Of a stretch of 64,000 nt of DNA, positions 28,010 to 42,700 are shown in pieces (position 1 is the stretch's first letter; each line of letters opens with the position of its first letter). The notes under the pieces are model-generated. The model ran no database searches and was not told the DNA's origin. It saw nothing but the letters and a program-made list of their open reading frames with translations. This DNA comes from Tubulanus polymorphus (taxonomy: Eukaryota; Animalia; Nemertea). A program made the position numbers and the translations under genes. Location: assembly GCF_964204645.1 (NCBI RefSeq), contig NW_027437451.1, positions 42,001 to 106,000 of the forward strand, given 5' to 3'.

Positions 28010-31000
28010 AAGCAGCCAGAAAATTCTGATTCTTTCCACCTATCTATTTGAAATCAGTTCAGTACACCCTAACCCATCAATTAAGATAGAATTCGTCATC
28101 TTTAGGACCCTATTTTGCAAGAAAAATCTGTATCTTTCAGTCCATCTACTCGAAATCAGTTCAGTTTACCTTACCCTATCATTTCAGATCGAGTCCATCA
28201 TCTTCAGGAGCATAAATAGCCAGAAAATTCTTAATCTTTCCACCTATCTATTTGAAATCAGTTCAATACGCCTTATCCCATCTTTTCAGATTGAATCAAT
28301 CAACTTCAGAAGTATAAGTAGTCAGAAAATTCTGAATCTTTCCACCTATCTATTTGAAATCAGTTCAATACGCCTTATCCCATCTTTTCAGATTGAATCA
28401 ATCAACTTCAGAAGTATAAGTAGTCAGAAAATTCTGAATCTTTCCACCTATCTATTTGAAATCAGTTCAATACGCCTTAACACATCATTTCAGATCGAGT
28501 CCATCATCTTCAGGAGCATAAATAGCAAGAAAATTCTTAATCTTTCCACCTATCTACTCGAAATCAATTCAGTTTACCTTAACCTATCATTTCAGATTGA
28601 GTCCATCATCTTCAGGAGAATAAGCACGCAGAAAATTCTGAATCTTTCCACCTATCTATTTGAAATCAGTTCAATACGCCTTAACACATCTTTTCAGATT
28701 GAGTCCATCATCTTCAGAACCAAAGGCAGCCAGAAAATTCTGATTCTTTCCACCTATCTATTTGAAATCAGTTCAGTTCACCCTAACTCATCAATTAAGA
28801 TAGAATTCGTCATCTTTAGGACCATATTTTGCAAGAAAAATCTGTATCTTTATGTCCATCTACTCGAAATCAGTTCAGTTTACCTTACCCTATCATTTCA
28901 GATCGAGTCCATCATCTTCAGGAGCATAAATAGCCAGAAAATTCTTAATCTTTCCACCTATCTATTTGAAATCAGTTTAATACGCCTTAACCCATCTTTT
29001 CAGATTGAATCAATCAACTTCAGAAGTATAAGTAGTCAGAAAATTCTGAATCTTTCAACCAATCTATTGAAAATCAGTTCAGTACACCCTAACCCAACAA
29101 TTAAGATAGAATTCATCATTTTTAGGACCTAATTAATCAAGAAAAATCTGTTTCTTTCATCCCATCTACTCGAAATCAGTTCAGTTTACCTTAACCTATC
29201 ATTTCAGATCGAGACCATCATCTTCAGGAGCATAAATAGTCAGAAAATTCTTAATCTTTCCACCTATCCATTTGAAATCAGTTCAATACGCCTTAGCCCA
29301 TCTTTTCAGATTGAGTCCATCATCTTCAGAACCAAAGGCGGCCAGAAAATTCTGATTCTTTCAACCAATCTATTGAAAATCAGTTCAGTACACCCTAACC
29401 CATCATTTAAGATAGAATTCATCATCTTTAGGACCCTATTTTGCAAGAAAAATTTGTATCTTTCAGTCCATCTACTCGAAATCAGTTCAGTTTACCTTAA
29501 CCTATCATTTCAGATCGAGTCCATCATCTTCAGGCGCATAAATAGCCAGAAAATTCTTAATCTTTCCACCTATCTATTTGAAATCAGTTCAATACGCCTT
29601 AACCCATCTTTTCAGATTGAGTCCATCATCTTCAGAACCAAAGGCAGCCAGAAAATTCTGATTCGTTCCACCTATCTATTTGAAATCAGTTCAATACGCC
29701 TTAACACATCTTTTCAGATTGAATCCATCATCTTCAGAACCAAAAGCAGCCAGAAAATTCTGATTCTTTCAACCAATCTATTGAAAATCAGTTCAGTACA
29801 CCCTAACCCATCAATTAAGATAGAATTCATCATCTTTAGGACCCTATTTTTCAAGAAAAATTTGTATCTTTCAGTCCATCTACTCGAAATCAGTTCAGTT
29901 TACCTTAACCTATCATTTCAGATCGAGTCCATCATCTTCAGGCGCATAAATAGCCAGAAAATTCTTAATCTTACCACCTATCTATTTGAAATCAGTTCAA
30001 TACGCCTTAACCCATCTTTTCAGATTGAGTCCATCATCTTCAGAACCAAAGGCAGCCAGAAAATTCTGATTCTTTCCACCTATCTATTTGAAATCAGTTC
30101 AGTTCACCCTAACCCATCAATTAAGATAGAATTCATCATCTTTAGGACCCTATTTTGCAAGAAAAATCTGTATCTTTTAGTCCATCTACTCGAAATCAGT
30201 TCAGTTTACCTTAACCTATCATTTCAGATCGAGTCCATCATCTTCAGGAGCATAAATAGCCAGAAAATTCTTAATCTTTCCACCTATCTATTTGAAATCA
30301 GTTCAATACGCCTTAACCCATCTTTTCAGATTGAGTCCATCATCTTCAGAACCAAAGGCAGCCAGAAAATTCTGATTCGTTCCACCTATCTATTTGAAAT
30401 CAGTTCAATACGCCTTAACACATCTTTTCAGATTGAATCCATCATCTTCAGAACCGAAGGCAGCCAGAAAATTCTGATTCTTTCCACCTATCTATTTGAA
30501 ATCAGTTCAGTTCACCCTAACCCATCAATTAAGATAGAATTCATCATCTTTAGGACCCTATTTGTCAAGAAAAATTTGTATCTTTCAGTCCATCTACTCG
30601 AAATCAGTTCAGTTTACCTTAACCTATCATTTCAGATCGAGTCCATCATCTTCAGGAGCATAAATAGCCAGAAAATTCTTAATCTTTCCACCTATCTATT
30701 TGAAATCAGTTCAATACGCCTTATCCCATCTTTTCAGATTGAATCAATCAACTTCAGAAGTATAAGTAGTCAGAAAATTCTAAATCTTTCCACCTATCTA
30801 TTTGAAATCAGTTCAATACGCCTTAAAACATCAGTTCAGATCGAGTCCATCATCTTCAGGAGCATAAATAGCCAGAAAATTCTTAATCTTTCCACCTATC
30901 TACTCGAAATCAGTTCAATTTACCTTAACCTATCATTTCAGATTGAGTCCATCATCTTCAGGAGAATAAGCACCCAGAAAATTCTGAATCTTTCCACCTA

Positions 31001-34000
31001 TCTATTTGAAATCAGTTCAATACGCCTTAACCCATCTTTTCAGATTGAGTCCATCATCTTCAGAACCAAAGGCAGCCAGAAAATTCTGATTCTTTCAACC
31101 AATCTATTGAAAATCAGTTCAGTACACCCTAACCCATCAATTAAGATAGAATTCATCATCTTTAGGACCCTATTTTGCAAGAAAAATCTGTATCTTTCAG
31201 TCCATCTACTCGAAATCAGTTCAGTTTACCTTACCCTATCATTTCAGATCGAGTCCATCATCTTCAGGAGCATAAATAGCCAGAAAATTCTTAATCTTTC
31301 CACCCATCTATTTGAAATCAGTTCAATACGCCGAGTCCATCATCTTCAGAACCAAAGGCAGCAAGAAAATTCTGATTCTTTCAACCTATCTATTTGAAAT
31401 CAGTTCAGTACACCCTAACCCATCAATTAAGATAGAATTCGTCATCTTTAGGACCCTATTTTGCAAGAAAAATCTGTATCTTTCAGTCCATCTACTCGAA
31501 ATCAGTTCAGTTTACCTTACCCTATCATTTCAGATCGAGTCCATCATCTTCAGGAGCATAAATAGCCAGAAAATTCTTAATCTTTCCACCTATCTATTTG
31601 AAATCAGTTCAATACGCCTTATCCCATCTTTTCAGATTGAATCAATCAACTTCAGAAGTATAAGTAGTCAGAAAATTCTGAATCTTTCCACCTATCTATT
31701 TGAAATCAGTTCAATGCGCCTTATCCCATCTTTTCAGATTGAATCAATCAACTTCAGAAGTATAAGTAGTCAGAAAATTCTGAATCTTTCCACCTATCTA
31801 TTTGAAATCAGTTCAATACGCCTTAACACATCATTTCAGATCGAGTCCATCATCTTCAGGAGCATAAATAGCCAGAAAATTCTTAATCTTTCCACCTATC
31901 TACTCGAAATCAGTTCAGTTTACCTTAACCTATCATTTCAGATTGAGTCCATCATCTTCAGGAGAATAAGCACCCAGAAAATTCTTAATCGTTCCACCTA
32001 TCTATTTGAAATCAGTTCAATACGCCTTAACCCATCTTTTCAGATTGAATCAATCAACTTCAGAAGTATAAGTAGTCAGAAAATTCTGAATCTTTCAACC
32101 AATCTATTGAAAATCAGTTCAGTACACCCTAACCCAACAATTAAGATAGAATTCATCATCTTTAGGACCCTATTTTGCAAGAAAAATCTGTATCTTTCAG
32201 TCCATCTACTCGAAATCAGTTCAGTTTACCTTAACCTATCATTTCAGATCGAGTCCATCATCTGCAGGAGCATAAATAGCCAGAAATATCTTAATCTTTC
32301 CACCTATCTATTTGAAATCAGTTCAATACGCCTTAACCCATCTTTTCAGATTGAATCCATCATCTTCAGAACCAAAAGCAGCCAGAAAATTCTGATTCTT
32401 TCCACCTATCTATTTGAAATCAGTTCAGTACACCCTAACCCATCAATTAAGATAGAATTCGTCATCTTTAGGACCCTATTTTGCAAGAAAAATCTGTATC
32501 TTTCAGTCCATCTACTCGAAATCAGTTCAGTTTACCTTACCCTATCATTTCAGATCGAGTCCATCATCTTCAGGAGCATAAATAGCCAGAAAATTCTTAA
32601 TCTTTCCACCTATCTATTTGAAATCAGTTCAATACGCCTTATCCCATCTTTTCAGATTGAATCAATCAACTTCAGAAGTATAAGTAGTCAGAAAATTCTG
32701 AATCTTTCCACCTATCTATTTGAAATCAGTTCAATACGCCTTATCCCATCTTTTCAGATTGAATCAATCAACTTCAGAAGTATAAGTAGTCAGAAAATTC
32801 TGAATCTTTCCACCTATCTATTTGAAATCAGTTCAATACGCCTTAACACATCATTTCAGATCGAGTCCATCATCTTCAGGAGCATAAATAGCCAGAAAAT
32901 TCTTAATCTTTCCACCTATCTACTCGAAATCAGTTCAGTTTACCTTAACCTATCATTTCAGATTGAGTCCATCATCTTCAGGAGAATAAGCACGCAGAAA
33001 ATTCTGAATCTTTCCACCTATCTATTTGAAATCAGTTCAATACGCCTTAACACATCTTTTCAGATTGAGTCCATCATCTTCAGAACCAAAGGCAGCCAGA
33101 AAATTCTGATTCTTTCCACCTATCTATTTGAAATCAGTTCAGTTCACCCTAACCCATCAATTAAGATAGAATTCATCATCTTTAGGACCCTATTTTGCAA
33201 GAAAAATCTGTATCTTTCAGTCCATCTACTCGAAATCAGTTCAGTTTACCTTAACCTATCATTTCAGATCGAGTCCATCATCTTCAGGAGCATAAATAGC
33301 CAGAAAATTCTTAATCTTTCCACCTATCTATTTGAAATCAGTTCAATACGCCTTAACCCATCTTTTCAGATTGAGTCCATCATCTTCAGAACCAAATGCA
33401 GCCAGAAAATTCTGATTCTTTCAACCAATCTATTGAAAATCAGTTCAGTACACCCTAACCCATCAATTAAGATAGAATTCATCATCTTTAGGACCCTATT
33501 TGTCAAGAAAAATTTGTATCTTTCAGTCCATCTACTCGAAATCAGTTCAGTTTACCTTAACCTATCATTTCAGATCGAGTCCATCATCTTCAGGAGCATA
33601 AATAGCCAGAAAATTCTTAATCTTTCCACCTATCTATTTGAAATCAGTTCAATACGCCTTATCCCATCTTTTCAGATTGAATCAATCAACTTCAGAAGTA
33701 TAAGTAGTCAGAAAATTCTAAATCTTTCCACCTATCTATTTGAAATCAGTTCAATACGCCTTAAAACATCAGTTCAGATCGAGTCCATCATCTTCAGGAG
33801 CATAAATAGCCAGAAAATTCTTAATCTTTCCACCTATCTACTCGAAATCAGTTCAATTTACCTTAACCTATCATTTCAGATTGAGTCCATCATCTTCAGG
33901 AGAATAAGCACCCAGAAAATTCTGAATCTTTCCACCTATCTATTTGAAATCAGTTCAATACGCCTTAACCCATCTTTTCAGATTGAGTCCATCATCTTCA

Positions 34001-36734
34001 GAACCAAAGGCAGCCAGAAAATTCTGATTCTTTCAACCAATCTATTGAAAATCAGTTCAGTACACCCTAACCCATCAATTAAGATAGAATTCATCATCTT
34101 TAGGACCCTATTTTGCAAGAAAAATCTGTATCTTTCAGTCCATCTACTCGAAATCAGTTCAGTTTACCTTACCCTATCATTTCAGATCGAGTCCATCATC
34201 TTCAGGAGCATAAATAGCCAGAAAATTCTTAATCTTTCCACCCATCTATTTGAAATCAGTTCAATACGCCGAGTCCATCATCTTCAGAACCAAAGGCAGC
34301 AAGAAAATTCTGATTCTTTCAACCTATCTATTTGAAATCAGTTCAGTACACCCTAACCCATCAATTAAGATAGAATTCGTCATCTTTAGGACCCTATTTT
34401 GCAAGAAAAATCTGTATCTTTCAGTCCATCTACTCGAAATCAGTTCAGTTTACCTTACCCTATCATTTCAGATCGAGTCCATCATCTTCAGGAGCATAAA
34501 TAGCCAGAAAATTCTTAATCTTTCCACCCATCTATTTGAAATCAGTTCAATACGCCTTATCCCATCTTTTCAGATTGAATCAATCAACTTCAGAAGTATA
34601 AGTAGTCAGAAAATTCTGAATCTTTCCACCTATCTATTTGAAATCAGTTCAATGCGCCTTATCCCATCTTTTCAGATTGAATCAATCAACTTCAGAAGTA
34701 TAAGTAGTCAGAAAATTCTGAATCTTTCCACCTATCTATTTGAAATCAGTTCAATACGCCTTAACACATCATTTCAGATCGAGTCCATCATCTTCAGGAG
34801 CATAAATAGCCAGAAAATTCTTAATCTTTCCACCTATCTACTCGAAATCAGTTCAGTTTACCTTAACCTATCATTTCAGATTGAGTCCATCATCTTCAGG
34901 AGAATAAGCACCCAGAAAATTCTTAATCGTTCCACCTATCTATTTGAAATCAGTTCAATACGCCTTATCCCATCTTTTCAGATTGAATCAATCAACTTCA
35001 GAAGTATAAGTAGTCAGAAAATTCTAAATCTTTCCACCTATCTATTTGAAATCAGTTCAATACGCCTTAAAACATCAGTTCAGATCGAGTCCATCATCTT
35101 CAGGAGCATAAATAGCCAGAAAATTCTTAATCTTTCCACCTATCTACTCGAAATCAGTTCAATTTACCTTAACCTATCATTTCAGATTGAGTCCATCATC
35201 TTCAGAACCAAATGCAGCCAGAAAATTCTGATTCTTTCAACCAATCTATTGAAAATCAGTTCAGTACACCCTAACCCATCAATTAAGATAGAATTCATCA
35301 TCTTTAGGACCCTATTTGTCAAGAAAAATTTGTATCTTTCAGTCCATCTACTCGAAATCAGTTCAGTTTACCTTAACCTATCATTTCAGATCGAGTCCAT
35401 CATCTTCAGGAGCATAAATAGCCAGAAAATTCTTAATCTTTCCACCTATCTATTTGAAATCAGTTCAATACGCCTTATCCCATCTTTTCAGATTGAATCA
35501 ATCAACTTCAGAAGTATAAGTAGTCAGAAAATTCTAAATCTTTCCACCTATCTATTTGAAATCAGTTCAATACGCCTTAAAACATCAGTTCAGATCGAGT
35601 CCATCATCTTCAGGAGCATAAATAGCCAGAAAATTCTTAATCTTTCCACCTATCTACTCGAAATCAGTTCAATTTACCTTAACCTATCATTTCAGATTGA
35701 GTCCATCATCTTCAGGAGAATAAGCACCCAGAAAATTCTGAATCTTTCCACCTATCTATTTGAAATCAGTTCAATACGCCTTAACCCATCTTTTCAGATT
35801 GAGTCCATCATCTTCAGAACCAAAGGCAGCCAGAAAATTCTGATTCTTTCAACCAATCTATTGAAAATCAGTTCAGTACACCCTAACCCATCAATTAAGA
35901 TAGAATTCATCATCTTTAGGACCCTATTTTGCAAGAAAAATCTGTATCTTTCAGTCCATCTACTCGAAATCAGTTCAGTTTACCTTACCCTATCATTTCA
36001 GATCGAGTCCATCATCTTCAGGAGCATAAATAGCCAGAAAATTCTTAATCTTTCCACCCATCTATTTGAAATCAGTTCAATACGCCGAGTCCATCATCTT
36101 CAGAACCAAAGGCAGCAAGAAAATTCTGATTCTTTCAACCTATCTATTTGAAATCAGTTCAGTACACCCTAACCCATCAATTAAGATAGAATTCGTCATC
36201 TTTAGGACCCTATTTTGCAAGAAAAATCTGTATCTTTCAGTCCATCTACTCGAAATCAGTTCAGTTTACCTTACCCTATCATTTCAGATCGAGTCCATCA
36301 TCTTCAGGAGCATAAATAGCCAGAAAATTCTTAATCTTTCCACCCATCTATTTGAAATCAGTTCAATACGCCTTATCCCATCTTTTCAGATTGAATCAAT
36401 CAACTTCAGAAGTATAAGTAGTCAGAAAATTCTGAATCTTTCCACCTATCTATTTGAAATCAGTTCAATGCGCCTTATCCCATCTTTTCAGATTGAATCA
36501 ATCAACTTCAGAAGTATAAGTAGTCAGAAAATTCTGAATCTTTCCACCTATCTATTTGAAATCAGTTCAATACGCCTTAACACATCATTTCAGATCGAGT
36601 CCATCATCTTCAGGAGCATAAATAGCCAGAAAATTCTTAATCTTTCCACCTATCTACTCGAAATCAGTTCAGTTTACCTTAACCTATCATTTCAGATTGA
36701 GTCCATCATCTTCAGGAGAATAAGCACCCAGAAA

Positions 36735-39700
36735 ATTCTTAATCGTTCCACCTATCTATTTGAAATCAGTTCAATACGCCTTAACCCATCTTTTCAGATT
36801 GAATCAATCAACTTCAGAAGTATAAGTAGTCAGAAAATTCTGAATCTTTCAACCAATCTATTGAAAATCAGTTCAGTACACCCTAACCCAACAATTAAGA
36901 TAGAATTCATCATCTTTAGGACCCTATTTTGCAAGAAAAATCCGTATCTTTCAGTCCATCTACTCGAAATCAGTTCAGTTTACCTTAACCTATCATTTCA
37001 GATCGAGTCCATCATCTGCAGGAGCATAAATAGCCAGAAAATTCTTAATCTTTCCACCTATCTATTTGAAATCAGTTCAATACGCCTTAACCCATCTTTT
37101 CAGATTGAATCCATCATCTTCAGAACCAAAAGCAGCCAGAAAATTCTGATTCTTTCCACCTATCTATTTGAAATCAGTTCAGTACACCCTAACCCATCAA
37201 TTAAGATAGAATTCGTCATCTTTAGGACCCTATTTTGCAAGAAAAATCTGTATCTTTCAGTCCATCTACTCGAAATCAGTTCAGTTTACCTTACCCTATC
37301 ATTTCAGATCGAGTCCATCATCTTCAGGAGCATAAATAGCCAGAAAATTCTTAATCTTTCCACCTATCTATTTGAAATCAGTTCAATACGCCTTATCCCA
37401 TCTTTTCAGATTGAATCAATCAACTTCAGAAGTATAAGTAGTCAGAAAATTCTGAATCTTTCCACCTATCTATTTGAAATCAGTTCAATACGCCTTATCC
37501 CATCTTTTCAGATTGAATCAATCAACTTCAGAAGTATAAGTAGTCAGAAAATTCTGAATCTTTCCACCTATCTATTTGAAATCAGTTCAATACGCCTTAA
37601 CACATCATTTCAGATCGAGTCCATCATCTTCAGGAGCATAAATAGCCAGAAAATTCTTAATCTTTCCACCTATCTACTCGAAATCAGTTCAGTTTACCTT
37701 AACCTATCATTTCAGATTGAGTCCATCATCTTCAGGAGAATAAGCACGCAGAAAATTCTGAATCTTTCCACCTATCTATTTGAAATCAGTTCAATACGCC
37801 TTAACACATCTTTTCAGATTGAGTCCATCATCTTCAGAACCAAAGGCAGCCAGAAAATTCTGATTCTTTCCACCTATCTATTTGAAATCAGTTCAGTTCA
37901 CCCTAACTCATCAATTAAGATAGAATTCGTCATCTTTAGGACCATATTTTGCAAGAAAAATCTGTATCTTTATGTCCATCTACTCGAAATCAGTTCAGTT
38001 TACCTTACCCTATCATTTCAGATCGAGTCCATCATCTTCAGGAGCATAAATAGCCAGAAAATTCTTAATCTTTCCACCTATCTATTTGAAATCAGTTTAA
38101 TACGCCTTAACCCATCTTTTCAGATTGAATCAATCAACTTCAGTAGTATAATTAGTCAGAAAATTCTGAATCTTTCAACCAATCTATTGAAAATCAGTTC
38201 AGTACACCCTAACCCAACAATTAAGATAGAATTCATCATTTTTAGGACCTAATTAATCAAGAAAAATCTGTTTCTTTCATCCCATCTACTCGAAATCAGT
38301 TCAGTTTACCTTAACCTATCATTTCAGATCGAGACCATCATCTTCAGGAGCATAAATAGTCAGAAAATTCTTAATCTTTCCACCTATCCATTTGAAATCA
38401 GTTCAATACGCCTTAGCCCATCTTTTCAGATTGAGTCCATCATCTTCAGAACCAAAGGCGGCCAGAAAATTCTGATTCTTTCAACCAATCTATTGAAAAT
38501 CAGTTCAGTACACCCTAACCCATCATTTAAGATAGAATTCATCATCTTTAGGACCCTATTTTGCAAGAAAAATTTGTATCTTTCAGTCCATCTACTCGAA
38601 ATCAGTTCAGTTTACCTTAACCTATCATTTCAGATCGAGTCCATCATCTTCAGGCGCATAAATAGCCAGAAAATTCTTAATCTTTCCACCTATCTATTTG
38701 AAATCAGTTCAATACGCCTTAACCCATCTTTTCAGATTGAGTCCATCATCTTCAGAACCAAAGGCAGCCAGAAAATTCTGATTCGTTCCACCTATCTATT
38801 TGAAATCAGTTCAATACGCCTTAACACATCTTTTCAGATTGAATCCATCATCTTCAGAACCAAAAGCAGCCAGAAAATTCTGATTCTTTCAACCAATCTA
38901 TTGAAAATCAGTTCAGTACACCCTAACCCATCAATTAAGATAGAATTCATCATCTTTAGGACCCTATTTTTCAAGAAAAATTTGTATCTTTCAGTCCATC
39001 TACTCGAAATCAGTTCAGTTTACCTTAACCTATCATTTCAGATCGAGTCCATCATCTTCAGGCGCATAAATAGCCAGAAAATTCTTAATCTTACCACCTA
39101 TCTATTTGAAATCAGTTCAATACGCCTTAACCCATCTTTTCAGATTGAGTCCATCATCTTCAGAACCAAAGGCAGCCAGAAAATTCTGATTCTTTCCACC
39201 TATCTATTTGAAATCAGTTCAGTTCACCCTAACCCATCAATTAAGATAGAATTCATCATCTTTAGGACCCTATTTTGCAAGAAAAATCTGTATCTTTTAG
39301 TCCATCTACTCGAAATCAGTTCAGTTTACCTTAACCTATCATTTCAGATCGAGTCCATCATCTTCAGGAGCATAAATAGCCAGAAAATTCTTAATCTTTC
39401 CACCTATCTATTTGAAATCAGTTCAATACGCCTTAACCCATCTTTTCAGATTGAGTCCATCATCTTCAGAACCAAAGGCAGCCAGAAAATTCTGATTCGT
39501 TCCACCTATCTATTTGAAATCAGTTCAATACGCCTTAACACATCTTTTCAGATTGAATCCATCATCTTCAGAACCAAAGGCAGCCAGAAAATTCTGATTC
39601 TTTCCACCTATCTATTTGAAATCAGTTCAGTTCACCCTAACCCATCAATTAAGATAGAATTCATCATCTTTAGGACCCTATTTTGCAAGAAAAATCTGTA

Positions 39701-42700
39701 TCTTTCAGTCCATCTACTCGAAATCAGTTCAGTTTACCTTAACCTATCATTTCAGATCGAGTCCATCATCTTCAGGAGCATAAATAGCCAGAAAATTCTT
39801 AATCTTTCCACCTATCTATTTGAAATCAGTTCAATACGCCTTAACCCATCTTTTCAGATTGAGTCCATCATCTTCAGAACCAAATGCAGCCAGAAAATTC
39901 TGATTCTTTCAACCAATCTATTGAAAATCAGTTCAGTACACCCTAACCCATCAATTAAGATAGAATTCATCATCTTTAGGACCCTATTTGTCAAGAAAAA
40001 TTTGTATCTTTCAGTCCATCTACTCGAAATCAGTTCAGTTTACCTTAACCTATCATTTCAGATCGAGTCCATCATCTTCAGGAGCATAAATAGCCAGAAA
40101 ATTCTTAATCTTTCCACCTATCTATTTGAAATCAGTTCAATACGCCTTATCCCATCTTTTCAGATTGAATCAATCAACTTCAGAAGTATAAGTAGTCAGA
40201 AAATTCTAAATCTTTCCACCTATCTATTTGAAATCAGTTCAATACGCCTTAAAACATCAGTTCAGATCGAGTCCATCATCTTCAGGAGCATAAATAGCCA
40301 GAAAATTCTTAATCTTTCCACCTATCTACTCGAAATCAGTTCAATTTACCTTAACCTATCATTTCAGATTGAGTCCATCATCTTCAGGAGAATAAGCACC
40401 CAGAAAATTCTGAATCTTTCCACCTATCTATTTGAAATCAGTTCAATACGCCTTAACCCATCTTTTCAGATTGAGTCCATCATCTTCAGAACCAAAGGCA
40501 GCCAGAAAATTCTGATTCTTTCAACCAATCTATTGAAAATCAGTTCAGTACACCCTAACCCATCAATTAAGATAGAATTCATCATCTTTAGGACCCTATT
40601 TTGCAAGAAAAATCTGTATCTTTCAGTCCATCTACTCGAAATCAGTTCAGTTTACCTTACCCTATCATTTCAGATCGAGTCCATCATCTTCAGGAGCATA
40701 AATAGCCAGAAAATTCTTAATCTTTCCACCCATCTATTTGAAATCAGTTCAATACGCCGAGTCCATCATCTTCAGAACCAAAGGCAGCAAGAAAATTCTG
40801 ATTCTTTCAACCTATCTATTTGAAATCAGTTCAGTACACCCTAACCCATCAATTAAGATAGAATTCGTCATCTTTAGGACCCTATTTTGCAAGAAAAATC
40901 TGTATCTTTCAGTCCATCTACTCGAAATCAGTTCAGTTTACCTTACCCTATCATTTCAGATCGAGTCCATCATCTTCAGGAGCATAAATAGCCAGAAAAT
41001 TCTTAATCTTTCCACCCATCTATTTGAAATCAGTTCAATACGCCTTATCCCATCTTTTCAGATTGAATCAATCAACTTCAGAAGTATAAGTAGTCAGAAA
41101 ATTCTGAATCTTTCCACCTATCTATTTGAAATCAGTTCAATGCGCCTTATCCCATCTTTTCAGATTGAATCAATCAACTTCAGAAGTATAAGTAGTCAGA
41201 AAATTCTGAATCTTTCCACCTATCTATTTGAAATCAGTTCAATACGCCTTAACACATCATTTCAGATCGAGTCCATCATCTTCAGGAGCATAAATAGCCA
41301 GAAAATTCTTAATCTTTCCACCTATCTACTCGAAATCAGTTCAGTTTACCTTAACCTATCATTTCAGATTGAGTCCATCATCTTCAGGAGAATAAGCACC
41401 CAGAAAATTCTGAATCTTTCCACCTATCTATTTGAAATCAGTTCAATACGCCTTAGCCCATCTTTTCAGATTGAGTCCATCATCTTTAGAACCAAAGGCA
41501 GCCAGAAAATTCTGATTCTTTCCACCTATCTATTTGAAATCAGTTCAGTTCACCCTTACCCATCAATTAAGATAGAATTCATCATCTTTAGGACCCTATT
41601 TTGCAAGAAAAATCTGTATCTTTCAGTCCATCTACTCGAAATCAGTTCAGTTTACCTTAACCTATCATTTCAGATCGAGTCCATCATCTTCAGGAGCATA
41701 AATAGCCAGAAAATTCTTAATCTTTCCACCTATCTATTTGAAATCAGTTCAATACGCCTTAACACATCTTTTCAGATTGAGTCCATCATCTTTAGAACCA
41801 AAGGCAGCCAGAAAATTCTGATTCTTTCAACCTATCTATTTGAAATCAGTTCAGTACACCCTAACCCATCATTTAAGATAGAATTCATCATCTTTAGGAC
41901 CATATTTTGCAAGAAAAATCTGTATCTTTCAGTCCATCTACTCGAAATCAGTTCAGTTTACCTTAACCTATCATTTCAGATCGAGTCCATCATCTTCAGG
42001 AGCATAAGTACCCAGAAAATTCAGAATCTTTCCACCTATCTATTTGAAATCAGTTCAATACGCCTTAACCCATCTTTTCAGATAGAATCCATCATCTTCA
42101 GAACCAAAAGCAGCCAGAAAATTCTGATTCTTTCCACCTATCTATTTGAAATCAGTTCAGTACACCCTAACCCATCAATTAAGATAGAATTCGTCATCTT
42201 TAGGACCATATTTTGCAAGAAAAATCTGTATCTTTTAGTCCATCTACTCGAAATCAGTTCAGTTTACCTTAACCTATCATTTCAGATCGAGTCCATCATC
42301 TTCAGGAGCATAAATAGCCAGAAAATTCTTAATCTTTCCACCTATCTATTTGAAATCAGTTCAATACGCCTTAACCCATCTTTTCAGATTGAGTCCATCA
42401 TCTTCAGAACCAAAGGCAGCAAGAAAATTCTGATTCTGTCAACCTATCTATTTGAAATCAGTTCAGTACACCCCAACCCATCGATTAAGATTGAATTCAT
42501 CATCTTTAGTACCCTATTTTGCAAGAAAAATCTGTATCTTTCAGTCCATCTACTCGAAATCAGTTCAGTTTACCCTTAACCTATCATTTCAGATCGAGTC
42601 CATCATCTTCAGGAGCATAAATAGCCAGAAAATTCTTAATCTCTCCACCTATCTATTTGAAATCAGTTCAATACGCCTTAGCCCATCTTTTCAGATTGAG

